Below are positions 10,510 to 19,825 of a DNA stretch of 58,733 nucleotides, one piece after another. Within the stretch, counting starts at the first letter, position 1, and each line of letters opens with the position of its first letter. The DNA lies in assembly GCA_043804705.1 (NCBI GenBank), contig JAZDIS010000427.1:1-58733 (forward strand), given 5' to 3'. A program made the translations under genes and the position numbers. The DNA is from Pseudomonadota bacterium. GTDB lineage: Bacteria > Desulfobacterota > Desulfobulbia > Desulfobulbales > Desulfurivibrionaceae. The notes beneath the pieces were generated by a model. The model was not told where the DNA came from, did not search any database, and worked only from the letters and a program-made list of their open reading frames with translations.

Positions 10510-10811
10510 ACTCCGGGTCTCCTTGCCTTCTCAGTGGTTGATGGTCCCGCACAATAAAAAACACGGACACAGGTCAATAACAATAATAAAACGCCTGCGA
10601 CATACGCGCCATGTCTCCGCAAGCGGGAAATATAGCAGGCTGCCGCCACGCTGTCAAAATTCTTTCAAGGACAAAAAACACCTTCCCCAAAAACCCTTTG
10701 CTTTTCGCCATCCTTTCCCTTGACACGGCAAAGCCGTTCATAGCAATATGAGCGCAGAAGCAAGCAATCGTAAGAAGTATTCCCTCAGCAAAAACCATGA
10801 CAGGAGGCGCC

Positions 10812-11252
10812 ATGGAGATACATGACCCGAATCTTCATCTGAAACTTATTGAAATGTGCGACTGTTATCTTGGCACAGACTATGCCGCCACCATCCAAAA
10901 AGTGGCTGACACCCCTTCCAAAGACATTCAGGAGGACGCCCTCCGTTATCTGGCCCTCGCCCTGCTTTTCACCTTGACCGAAGAGGCACGGCAGCTTTCC
11001 CTCAAACGAAAAAATGACAAGATTACCGTCACCATCAAGCATGATGATGAAAAGATCGCCCTGCGCCCGCCCGCCCGGGCTGTCTTCGAGAGGATCATCT
11101 TCATAATGCGTACTATCCTCCATCTGGATGAAGACAAAGGGGGCATGCCACTGACCCTTGGCCTTAAAAATGACCAGATTGAGATCCAAGTAAAGCTAGA
11201 GCGCACTGCGGACAAGGAAACCCTCAAAATGAAATTTCCCGAGTTGGGCTGA
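10812..11252 (+). CDS. Hypothetical protein resembling a stand-alone PilB/GspE N2 domain
   Basis: AGGAGG RBS; helix/strand pattern and motifs resemble the secretion-ATPase N2 domain; no Walker motifs. Confidence 0.7.
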   Translation: MEIHDPNLHLKLIEMCDCYLGTDYAATIQKVADTPSKDIQEDALRYLALALLFTLTEEARQLSLKRKNDKITVTIKHDDEKIALRPPARAVFERIIFIMRTILHLDEDKGGMPLTLGLKNDQIEIQVKLERTADKETLKMKFPELG

Positions 11253-11298
11253 TGCTTCGCCCCGCCCTGCCGACGCGAGGCGGCAAACGGCAGAACTC

Positions 11299-11430
11299 AG
11301 GAGCTATTACGAAATAACTACCGCCGTTGGCACTGCTACATTTCTGACCATTGCCTTATGGCCCCTTACGCCGTTTCGCTGCTACCGGGTACGATATATC
11401 AATGTTACGATTATCTTGAAGGACGGTCTC
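11299..11430. repeat. Palindromic repeat family B, degenerate copy 2
   Basis: AGGAGCTATTACGAAATAA and internal GTTTCGCT..TAC match the copy at 3395; right end uncertain. Confidence 0.5.
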
Positions 11431-11637
11431 GGCGCAGGCGCCACTGGATTTTTTTCGCTGTCCCCACAATTCCGCCCTGCCATGTCAAGACGCAACAACT
11501 GACTGTTTTGCCTTGACAATCTTGGCAATGCCAATAAATAATCAAACATCTCCTGTATATTCGTACATCTTGGGAGCAGGCTCTTTTTTCCAGGCTTTCT
11601 TTGCCTCCCATCAGCACAAGATCATAAGGAGCCGCGA

Positions 11638-12108
11638 ATGACCAAGAAAGAACACGAGACGAAAGAAATAGCGCCCTGGGAGCTAACGGACTTGCCTGTC
11701 GCTCCAACCGGGGCCAACCCGGTGGACGCCGATCTCCAAAAAATCATCCGTAAAAACTATCGCGAACCCATTCTGGACGATGATCCGGTCTGCGCCGAGA
11801 TCGATGGCTTCAAACATTTGGTCTGCGATATCGGCAGTCGCGGCCTGGGCCTCATCGTTCCTTCCCTGGACGGCTTCCTCTCAGGCACAGCCTACAGCAT
11901 CACGCTGCATATCGGCGACAACACCATCACCCTCCGGGGAAAAGTCACCCATACCTCTCCGAGCGAAAATTCCGGTGAATGCCACTGCGGAATCGAGTTC
12001 ATCGACCTGAGCCAAAAGGACGAACAGACCCTGCAGCATTTTCTAACCGCGCACCACGCCAGACTCTTTGGCGGAGCAAGCCGCCCTGCCGGCCCTGGCC
12101 GGAATTGA
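11638..12108 (+). CDS. PilZ domain protein
   Basis: IRKNYREP (RxxxR), DIGSRG (DxS/GxxG), C-terminal GIEF; AAGGAG RBS. Confidence 0.8.
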   Translation: MTKKEHETKEIAPWELTDLPVAPTGANPVDADLQKIIRKNYREPILDDDPVCAEIDGFKHLVCDIGSRGLGLIVPSLDGFLSGTAYSITLHIGDNTITLRGKVTHTSPSENSGECHCGIEFIDLSQKDEQTLQHFLTAHHARLFGGASRPAGPGRN

Positions 12109-12139
12109 ACCGCAACCTCATCTATGGATCCAAGGAAGA

Positions 12140-12544
12140 ATGGCGGCAAAGAATAAACACAACGACATCATGGATGCCCTGCTGAAAGGCTTATCGGAGG
12201 ACACGGAGCATGAGGGTTCATCCCTTGCCAAGCTGATTCATCGCGCCGGGGAAACGGCAAGCGCCAAGGATCCTGCCGGGAACCCACCCTGCCAGGATTC
12301 CCCAAAAACCCTTGGCAGCGACAGCAAGAAGAAATCCACCCACTATCTTTCCGAAGAGATTTTCGCCGATCTGGATGGCGCCCGGGAAAAAATAAACGTA
12401 ATTTTGCACCAACGGCTGAAATCCAGGGTTTCAAAATCACGGATTGTCGATGAAGCACTCAGGATGATCCTCAAGGAATTTGAGGAAAAGGGCGAGAAAA
12501 GCCATTTGATCAAAGAGATTTTAAAGGGTATTCGCCGGAAATAA
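12140..12544 (+). CDS. Hypothetical protein with C-terminal ribbon-helix-helix-like region (putative ParA partner)
   Basis: Low-complexity N-terminus, then KSTHYLSEE (strand), a helix, and SKSRIVDEALRMIL (helix). Confidence 0.7.
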   Translation: MAAKNKHNDIMDALLKGLSEDTEHEGSSLAKLIHRAGETASAKDPAGNPPCQDSPKTLGSDSKKKSTHYLSEEIFADLDGAREKINVILHQRLKSRVSKSRIVDEALRMILKEFEEKGEKSHLIKEILKGIRRK

Positions 12545-12581
12545 CAAGAAGTTGGCCACAGCAGGCCCGGAGACTTCATAA

Positions 12582-13550
12582 ATGATAATCACTTGCCCTC
12601 ATTGCAAAAAACAACACAACATCGATGAAAAAAGAATCCCGCCCAATGTCAGGATGGCTCGCTGTCAAGGCTGCGGGCAACAATTCCCTCTCGATATTCC
12701 GCGCGAAGAAACACCTCCTCCCCCGCCACAGCCTGCGATAATCAAGGCCGAGCCTGCTTATCCCCCCGGCCCAACGACGCCGTCCGGCCAGGAAACCAGA
12801 AGGATCGGCGTCTCCCTGAGCAAGGGTGGGGTCGGCAAGACCACCACCTCGGTGAATCTCGCAGCCGGGCTTGCCCTTGCGGGCAAAAAAGTTCTCCTGG
12901 TTGACACCGACACCCAAGGACAATCAAGCTTCATGCTGGGAGTAAAACCCAAGGGCGGCCTTACCGAGTTGGTAACCGGCGAGCTGCCCCCCCAAGAGGC
13001 AATCATCCCGGCCCGCAAGAACCTATGGATCCTGGCCGGCGGCAAATCCCTGGCAGGACTCAAGCGTCTCATCGACCGCAAGGACTACGGCGGCGAGCTG
13101 ACCATTGCCCAGGCCCTGACCCCGCTTGAAAAAGACTACGACTATGTGGTGGTGGACACCTCGCCGGGCTGGGATCCCCTCACCGTCAATGTCCTGTTTT
13201 ATGTCAACGAACTGATGACTCCGGTTTCTCTGGAGGTGATGTCCATCCAGGGGTTTGGCGAATTCCTGAAGAGCATCGCCTCCATCCAGAAATTTCGCAA
13301 GGAAATCGAACTCCGCTACATCCTGCCCACCTTCCGCGACATGCGGGTGAAAAGGGGGACCGAATTTTTGGAGGAGATTGAAAAAATTTACGGGGAAAAG
13401 GTCTGTTCCCCGATCCGCTACAACGTCCGGTTGTCCGAAGCTCCGGCCTACGGGCAGACCATTTTTGAATTTGCCCCCGGGTCCAACGGCGCCCAAGACT
13501 ACCGCGAGCTGGTCCGCAAGGTCACCGGCGAACCGGATCTTTTCACCTGA
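12582..13550 (+). CDS. Zinc-ribbon-fused ParA/Soj family ATPase
   Basis: CPHC...CQGC zinc ribbon, Pro-rich linker, deviant Walker A KGGVGKTT, DTDTQG, VDTSP, RYNVRLSEAPAYG. Confidence 0.9.
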   Translation: MIITCPHCKKQHNIDEKRIPPNVRMARCQGCGQQFPLDIPREETPPPPPQPAIIKAEPAYPPGPTTPSGQETRRIGVSLSKGGVGKTTTSVNLAAGLALAGKKVLLVDTDTQGQSSFMLGVKPKGGLTELVTGELPPQEAIIPARKNLWILAGGKSLAGLKRLIDRKDYGGELTIAQALTPLEKDYDYVVVDTSPGWDPLTVNVLFYVNELMTPVSLEVMSIQGFGEFLKSIASIQKFRKEIELRYILPTFRDMRVKRGTEFLEEIEKIYGEKVCSPIRYNVRLSEAPAYGQTIFEFAPGSNGAQDYRELVRKVTGEPDLFT

Positions 13551-13555
13551 CGCCC

Positions 13556-14044
13556 ATGGACTTTGAGAGCAAGCTGATCCCCGTTCTCCGCGAGGGAGTC
13601 GAGATCGTGAAGATGATCTCTTTTAAAAAGTTAAAAGAAGCCTTGGCGAAGAAACATCCCGGCCAGGACGCCGCCGTTATCGCCAAGATTGCCGGAGCTC
13701 TGATCAATACGATATTCGGCGCTCCGGCCCATGAGGAGCCCTTTGCCGTCTTAGCCCGGAGCCACGCGAACCTCATTGCCCATGAGTTGGCCAAGGCCGG
13801 GACAATGCTTGATGAGCTGCGGACTCCTCTTACCGATGCCCTCCGCATCCAATCCCTCTGCGACCACCAGGAGGGCCAGGACAGCACCGCCATCCTCCGG
13901 CAGGCACAAGCCCTGGGAATCCTCCAGGCTGACCGCGATCTGCCGCTGCCCCACCGCTTCATCGAGCTGGTTCGCAGGCTGGGCAGCGGGTTTGGTCTGC
14001 TGCTGCCGCCCCAGCCCGACACCGATAGGGCAACAACGCATTAA
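13556..14044 (+). CDS. Hypothetical helical protein
   Basis: 162 aa ORF starting 5 nt after the parA stop. Confidence 0.7.
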   Translation: MDFESKLIPVLREGVEIVKMISFKKLKEALAKKHPGQDAAVIAKIAGALINTIFGAPAHEEPFAVLARSHANLIAHELAKAGTMLDELRTPLTDALRIQSLCDHQEGQDSTAILRQAQALGILQADRDLPLPHRFIELVRRLGSGFGLLLPPQPDTDRATTH

Positions 14045-14053
14045 CGGCTGTTA

Positions 14054-15421
14054 TCAGCCCTCCATCTCGTATTTCTTGATCTTTCGCCAAAGGGAGACCC
14101 GGTCAATACCCAACGATTGGGCTGCCAGGCTTTTGTTGTCCCCGTGTTCCTTCAATACCCACTCGATATAGGCCCGTTCCTGATCGGCAAGGCTCGGAAT
14201 CCCGCCGCTTTTCCGGCGGAAGGTCTGGAAACAGGCGCCGCGCAGGTCTTCGGGCAGGTGGCCGACCTCAATGGTGTCGCCGCTGGCCAGGGCCACCCCG
14301 CGTTCGATGATGTTCTCCAGCTCCCGGACGTTGCCGGGAAAATCGTAGCGCAACAGAATATCCACCACCTCCGGGTCGATATTCCGCACCTCCTTGTGCA
14401 TCAACACCCCGTATTTCCTGATAAAATGCTGGACCAGCAGGGGCAGGTCATCCTTGCGCTCGGCCAGGGGCGGAATCTGAAGCGCCACCACGTTGATCCG
14501 AAAGAAGAGATCCTGCCGGAAATGGCCCAGCTTCACCTCTTCCGGCAGATTCCGGTTGGTGGCCGCTAGAAAACGGACATTGACCTTGATCGGCGCAACC
14601 CCGCCCAAATGCATCACCTCTTTTTCCTGAATCACCCGGAGGAGCTTTACCTGCATGGACGGTGACATCTCCGTGATCTCATCGAGAAAAAGGGTGCCGC
14701 CATCGGCCATCTCCACCAACCCCTTCTTCATTTCCACCGCCCCGGTAAAGGCCCCCTTTTCATGACCGAAGAGCTCATTGGCCAGCAGATCCTCCTGAAA
14801 AGCGCCGCAATTCACAGACAGCAGGGGACCGTTCCGCCGGTTGCTGCAGGCATGGACAAACCTGGCCAGCAGCTCCTTGCCCGTGCCCGACTCCCCGCAG
14901 ATCACCACGTTGCTGTCCGAGCTGGCAACCTGGCCGGCCGTGGCCAGCAGTTTTTTCATCCCCGGATTGTCGGTGATAATCCGGGCCTCTCCCTGAAAGG
15001 CCTTGAGGTGCTCCCGCAACTTGCTGTTTTCCCGTTTGAGCCTGGTTTTCTCCAAGGCTTCCCGCACCACCTTCCTGACCTCATCCAGCTTGTATGGCTT
15101 GGCAATATAATGGTAGGCCCCGCCCTTCATCGCCTCGATGGCTGAATCTACCGTGGCGTAGCCGGTGATCATGATCACCTCGGTGTCTGGATACAGCTCC
15201 CTGGTACGCTTCAGAATCTGCATCCCGCCGACCTTTTCCATCTTCAGATCGGTCAGGACAAGATCGAATATATTCTCCTCCAGCAGATGCAGGGCTCGGG
15301 GGCCGCTCTGGGAGGCGGTGACCTCGTAGCCTTCTTTCCTCAACACATGCTTGAGGTTGTGCAGGGCTATTTCTTCATCGTCAACGACCAAGATCCTTGC
15401 GGGCTCGTCATTCATAACCAT
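14054..15421 (-). CDS. Sigma54-dependent response regulator (NtrC/AtoC family: REC-AAA+-Fis HTH)
   Basis: VVDDE/TDLKM/ITGY/KP receiver, GESGTGKE, GAFTGA, LFLDE, FRQDLFFRI, PGNVRELEN, C-terminal HTH. Confidence 0.95.
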   Translation of the reverse strand: MVMNDEPARILVVDDEEIALHNLKHVLRKEGYEVTASQSGPRALHLLEENIFDLVLTDLKMEKVGGMQILKRTRELYPDTEVIMITGYATVDSAIEAMKGGAYHYIAKPYKLDEVRKVVREALEKTRLKRENSKLREHLKAFQGEARIITDNPGMKKLLATAGQVASSDSNVVICGESGTGKELLARFVHACSNRRNGPLLSVNCGAFQEDLLANELFGHEKGAFTGAVEMKKGLVEMADGGTLFLDEITEMSPSMQVKLLRVIQEKEVMHLGGVAPIKVNVRFLAATNRNLPEEVKLGHFRQDLFFRINVVALQIPPLAERKDDLPLLVQHFIRKYGVLMHKEVRNIDPEVVDILLRYDFPGNVRELENIIERGVALASGDTIEVGHLPEDLRGACFQTFRRKSGGIPSLADQERAYIEWVLKEHGDNKSLAAQSLGIDRVSLWRKIKKYEMEG

Positions 15422-16870
15422 GTTCCTCTTGCTCTCCCGGCAGCCAGATAATGAAGGTGGTGCCAAGACCGGGCCTGCTGTCCACGGTGATGGTGCCGCC
15501 ATGCCACTCGATTATGTCATGGACAATGAACAGCCCGAGACCGGAGCCCTTGCCCACGTCCTTGGTGGTAAAAAACGGATCGAAGATCCTGTTGACATGT
15601 TCCGCATCGATCCCCGGCCCGTCATCCTCGATGAGGATCTCCACCTCCGCAAGCCCGGTGATCATGCCGATGCCCCGGGCGGAAACCCAAATATGGCCGT
15701 CAGCCTTCACCGCGTCTATCGCGTTCTTGATCAGGTTGAGCAGAACCTGCTGCATCCGCTGCTTGTCGGCAATGACATGGAGATTCTCCGGGATATCCAC
15801 GGCAATCACCACCTCGCTGGGCGCGTGCCCGCGGATGAGCAGGATGGTTTCCTCCACCAAAAGTTTGAGGGGCAGCTTCTCCTTCCTGACCTCCTTGATC
15901 CGGGAAAACTCCAGCAGGGTTCGCACTATATCCCTGGCTTTGTCCGACTGCACCTCTATCTGGCCGATGAGATTCTTCTTGAACTCCACATTGTCCTCTT
16001 CAATCTCCTCGCCTAAAATCTGGGCCGAGGTGGAGATATTGGACAGGGGGTTGTTCAGCTCATGGGCCACCCCGGAGAGCAGGGTGCCCAACGCCGCAAG
16101 CTTTTCCGACTGCACCAGCTGATGTTGCCGCATCTGCAATTCCTTGGTCATCCGATTGAAGGCGGTGAGCAGCGAACGTATCTCCTGCTCGCCTTCCCCT
16201 ACCGCGATCTCGACAAACTCCCCATGGGAAATCCTCTTGGTATACCCCTCAAGCGCCTTGAGGGAAGTAACAACCTTTCTCCCCAGGATCGCCGCTATGG
16301 CAGGGCGGAAACAAACAAGCCGACCATGGAGACAAGAAGGATGTTCTGGGTGGTTTTCAGGAGGGCCTTGACCTTGTTCTTCACTGCCTCCCTGGTTCTT
16401 TCCCCAAATTCAGTAAGCTCCTTGCCCGTGGAGCGGAGTTGCTCCTCCAGCTTTTCCTGGGTCCGGTAGCCGTCGGGGTAGTCCACCCCTTGGGCAATAT
16501 TCAGGGAATAGGCATGGAGCTGAGCCATGTTCCCGTTGTATGCCTCGATCACCCTTCCCAGCTGCTCCAGCTCCAAGGCGGAAACCGCCAGCCGCAAGTC
16601 CGCCGCGTTGTTTTTAAAAAGATCCTGGATTTTTTTCCAGTAGAGCTGATTTTCCTGAAAATCCTTTTCCTGCCGGTAGAGGAAATAATTCTTTTCAAAC
16701 CTGCGCAGCTCAAGGGTCGTATTGAAAAAATCCTCAACAACCTCGCCAAAGGCAACCTGGTCTTCCACCCGCTTGACGATGCCATAGGTCAGAACGGCGG
16801 AGCCCATCATGAGAATGAGCAACAGATAGAAGCCATAGGTTATTTTTTTGCGAATGCCGAGGTGGAACAT
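15408..16870 (-). pseudogene. Membrane sensor histidine kinase (TM-periplasmic-TM-HAMP-HisKA-HATPase) split by a 1-nt frameshift near 16300
   Basis: N-terminal ORF ends ...VSALP* at 16295; the shifted frame continues AIAAILGRKVVTSLKALE...LTAFNRMTKEL into AHELNNPL and the N/G boxes. Confidence 0.85.
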
Positions 16871-16961
16871 ATTCTGCCTTCCTTTGCCGCGAGGGTGCGA
16901 TTTCCCCTGCCGCGTTCCTATTCGAACGCACCATACCCCCACTGAAAAACAAAGTCCAGAG

Positions 16962-17065
16962 GTTGCATTTGGCAACACCTCCTTTCCCTTTGCAACACCA
17001 GGACATCTTTTTGATTTTATTACCTATTTTTTTTTACAAAAAAATAACGTTGCAAAAATGCAACG
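16962..17065. promoter_or_regulatory. Putative enhancer (UAS) sites for the sigma54 activator
   Basis: GTTGC-N5-GCAAC (16962-16976); GCAACACC repeated 20 bp apart (16972, 16992); perfect palindrome CGTTGCA-N4-TGCAACG (17048-17065). Confidence 0.65.
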
Positions 17066-17133
17066 CCAACCCCTGCCTCCAAAAACAAAAGCAACCACCC
17101 GGAATAACACAACAAAAGATAAAAATACGACTC

Positions 17134-17149
17134 TGGCACGCTTGTTGCT
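17134..17149 (+). promoter_or_regulatory. Sigma54 (-24/-12) promoter
   Basis: TGGCACGCTTGTTGCT is an exact match to TGGCACGNNNNTTGCW. Confidence 0.9.
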
Positions 17150-17222
17150 CAATGAAACAGACAACAGCAACGAAGCCTTTGACCTGTTTCAGTGCAACAT
17201 ACACATACGAAGGAGAACCACC

Positions 17223-17402
17223 ATGAACACCATCCTGAACCGCTTTGACCGCCTGATGATGGCCATCACCTTTGCCGAGGCCAATGCCCCGGAATCGGCA
17301 CAAGAATACCTCGGCAGCCGGAAGCCGACGCAGAATAAACGGGCGCAGCGGACCACCCGGACGACCGGCGGCCAAATCCTGCCGAAGCAAACCGCCAACT
17401 GA
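17223..17402 (+). CDS. 59-aa peptide carrying the FAEA motif
   Basis: AAGGAGA RBS; first ORF after the sigma54 promoter; FDRLMMAITFAEANAPESAQEYL. Confidence 0.8.
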   Translation: MNTILNRFDRLMMAITFAEANAPESAQEYLGSRKPTQNKRAQRTTRTTGGQILPKQTAN

Positions 17403-17431
17403 ACCGAACACTCTTTCCCTTGGAACGACCC

Positions 17432-17959
17432 ATGAGCGCACTGACGACATTGTTCAAAAATCTTGAAGAAGCCATGACCGCGGCGACCTTTGCCGAAGCC
17501 GGCGAGTTCGAGACAGCCCGCCAGTTCCTCAAAACCAACAAGAATGCGCACAAAAGGGTGCTCCTTGGAACCGACAAACCGGAGATCGCGGCCAGAACCA
17601 TCAGCTACGCCCTGCATCTCTGTCAACGCCTCGGCGGCGGCCTGGAAATTTTCCATATGCTGCACCTGCCGGATAACGAAACAAATTCCGGGCTGAGCAA
17701 GGAAAAAGAACCCCTCGCCGCCCTGAACACCGCTCTGCAACAAAAGGGCGTTATCTATCAACCGGTCAGCAGGCCGGGTTGCCTGGCGGACGAGGTGCTC
17801 CGCCATGCCGGCGCCCGCAGGGACATCCTCTGCGTTGTCTTCGATGCGCTGGAGCCGGACGGCGCGATCTGCCGCAAGGCAAAAGAAAACATGATCAGCA
17901 AATTTCAGGCCTTGCACTGCCCTGTCGTGATGTACGCCGGGTCATCCGTCAAAGCCTGA
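17432..17959 (+). CDS. FAEA-motif protein with C-terminal USP-like alpha/beta domain
   Basis: LEEAMTAATFAEAGEFETARQFL, then KRVLLG...YALHLCQRLGGGLEIFH...LHCPVVM. Confidence 0.8.
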   Translation: MSALTTLFKNLEEAMTAATFAEAGEFETARQFLKTNKNAHKRVLLGTDKPEIAARTISYALHLCQRLGGGLEIFHMLHLPDNETNSGLSKEKEPLAALNTALQQKGVIYQPVSRPGCLADEVLRHAGARRDILCVVFDALEPDGAICRKAKENMISKFQALHCPVVMYAGSSVKA

Positions 17960-17970
17960 CATCTATTAAC

Positions 17971-18076
17971 TAAGCCGTTGCCAAAAAACAATTTGCACAA
18001 TTATGACCCCGCGAACGGCATAACGAGCCGTAACGAAAGGATCAAGAAAGTACAGGTTGTGTTGTAACGGCTCCTA
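17971..18076. repeat. Palindromic repeat family B, copy 3 (reverse orientation, MITE-like)
   Basis: Reverse strand reads TAGGAGCCGTTAC...TTTCGTTACGGCTCGTTA; ends TAAGCCGTTGC / GTAACGGCTCCTA are imperfect inverted repeats. Confidence 0.7.
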
Positions 18077-18102
18077 AAATTCATATCAACAAGGGAGAAA
18101 AA

Positions 18103-18450
18103 ATGACTATCACCAACTTTGACAAAAACATGTCGGCTGTCGCCTTTGCCGAGGCAGGCGAATACGATACCGCCCGCCAAATCTTAGGCTCGAAGGCCAC
18201 AAAGCAATACGGCAAATCCCCGGCTCCGGCGGCAAAAAGCAAGCCCTACCTGAAGACCATAATCTTCGGGACGATGTCGCTCTCCGCCTATTACATGCTC
18301 TTCACCAACGAAAAGCTGGTCACCGAGATCTTCACCATGGGCGGCTGGCGCTGGGTGTACCCGGTGGGGGCGGCCTTCTTCTTTTCCTTCATCCATGGGG
18401 CCTTTGCCAGCAACCTGCTGAGCACCCTTGGCCTTGAAGCAAAAAAATAA
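18103..18450 (+). CDS. FAEA-motif small 2-TM membrane protein
   Basis: AAGGGAGA RBS; FDKNMSAVAFAEAGEYDTARQIL, then TM segments ending FSFIHGAFASNLLSTLGL. Confidence 0.85.
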   Translation: MTITNFDKNMSAVAFAEAGEYDTARQILGSKATKQYGKSPAPAAKSKPYLKTIIFGTMSLSAYYMLFTNEKLVTEIFTMGGWRWVYPVGAAFFFSFIHGAFASNLLSTLGLEAKK

Positions 18451-18489
18451 ATCAGCCGACCCGGCTCACATAAAGGAGATTTCCCCACC

Positions 18490-19824
18490 ATGAAAAAGTT
18501 ATTGCTTATACTGATGTTCGCCATGCTCCCCATTTCCCTGTTCACCCAGTCGGCCTTTGCCGCAGGCGACGGGCCGTCCAAGGACATGCTCAAGGGCATT
18601 ATTACCTCAGTGAACAGTGCGGAGCGCACGGTTCTTTTTGAAAAAGACGGCACCAAGGAAATGGTGACTCTGGCCCTGAACGAGAAGATGCTGCCCGAGG
18701 ACGTGGCAATGAACCAGAAGGTGTTGATCAATCTGGACAAACATGCCGAGGCCGGCAATGTGATGAAGGATATCTCCGTCATGTTCATGGACATGACCGC
18801 CAGCAAGCTCATTGCCCTGCTGATTATCGGCGCGGTCGGCGGCTTGCTCTCCGGCTTCATCGGCTCCGGCGGCGCCTTTGTCATGACCCCGGCCATGATG
18901 TCTTTGGGCGTGCCTGGCGCGGTGGCGGTGGCCAGCAACATGTGCCACAAGTTCCCCAAGGCCATGGTCGGCGCCTACAAGCGCTGGAAATACGGTCAGG
19001 CCGACATCAAGCTCGGTCTGGTCATGGCCACCACCGCTGTCATCGGCGTGCAGATCGGGATCAAGATCCAGAAATACATTTTGAACCAGTTCGGCGGCGC
19101 AGGCTCCAACCTTTACATCAGCGCAGTGTTCATGGTGGTCCTCGTCTTTGTCGGCGGCTATGTGTTCTTTGATGCCTGGAAACTCGCCAGGGGCGGCGGC
19201 AAGGAAACCGTGAGCAAGCTGGCCCTGCGCATGCAGAAAATCCAACTCGCGCCCATGATGCACTTCAAAACCGCCAAGGTGACCATCTCCGCCTGGATCA
19301 CCATCCCGGTCGGCCTGCTCACCGGCATGCTCGCGGCCACCATCGCCGTGGGCGGCTTCGTCGGCGTCCCCGGCATGATCTATGTAATCGGCGCCTCCGC
19401 CGTGGTGGCCAGCGCCACCGAGTTGATCATCGCCTTTGTCATGGGCGCCTGGGGTTCCGTGCAGTGGGGTCTCTCCGGCCTCATCGACATCCGCCTCGCC
19501 CTGCTGCTCCTGGCCACCTCCCTCATCGGCGTGCAGCTCGGCGCCTTGGGGACCACCTATGTTAAGGACTACATCATCAAGGTGGTCATGGCCACCACCA
19601 TGCTCATTGTCGCGGTCAGCCGCGGCGTCAAAATCCCCGGCTACCTGATCGATCTTGAGCTGATGAGCCCCATACAAGAAAGCACCCTCGCCCTGCTCGA
19701 AGGCATCAGCTTCTGGTCCTTGGTTGCAGCCTTGGGTTCCGCGGCGCTCATCATCATCGTGGCCATGGTCAAGGGGATGACCGCCGACCGCCGCAGCAAA
19801 AGCGTCCTGGCCGGAGGAGTATAA
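18490..19824 (+). CDS. TauE/SafE (TSUP) family sulfur-anion transporter with N-terminal signal peptide and extra soluble domain
   Basis: GGLLSGFIGSGGAFVMTPAM and repeat TIAVGGFVGVPGMIY..G...A.AT; SNMCHKFPKA; AAAGGAGA RBS. Confidence 0.85.
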   Translation: MKKLLLILMFAMLPISLFTQSAFAAGDGPSKDMLKGIITSVNSAERTVLFEKDGTKEMVTLALNEKMLPEDVAMNQKVLINLDKHAEAGNVMKDISVMFMDMTASKLIALLIIGAVGGLLSGFIGSGGAFVMTPAMMSLGVPGAVAVASNMCHKFPKAMVGAYKRWKYGQADIKLGLVMATTAVIGVQIGIKIQKYILNQFGGAGSNLYISAVFMVVLVFVGGYVFFDAWKLARGGGKETVSKLALRMQKIQLAPMMHFKTAKVTISAWITIPVGLLTGMLAATIAVGGFVGVPGMIYVIGASAVVASATELIIAFVMGAWGSVQWGLSGLIDIRLALLLLATSLIGVQLGALGTTYVKDYIIKVVMATTMLIVAVSRGVKIPGYLIDLELMSPIQESTLALLEGISFWSLVAALGSAALIIIVAMVKGMTADRRSKSVLAGGV

Positions 19825-19825
19825 C

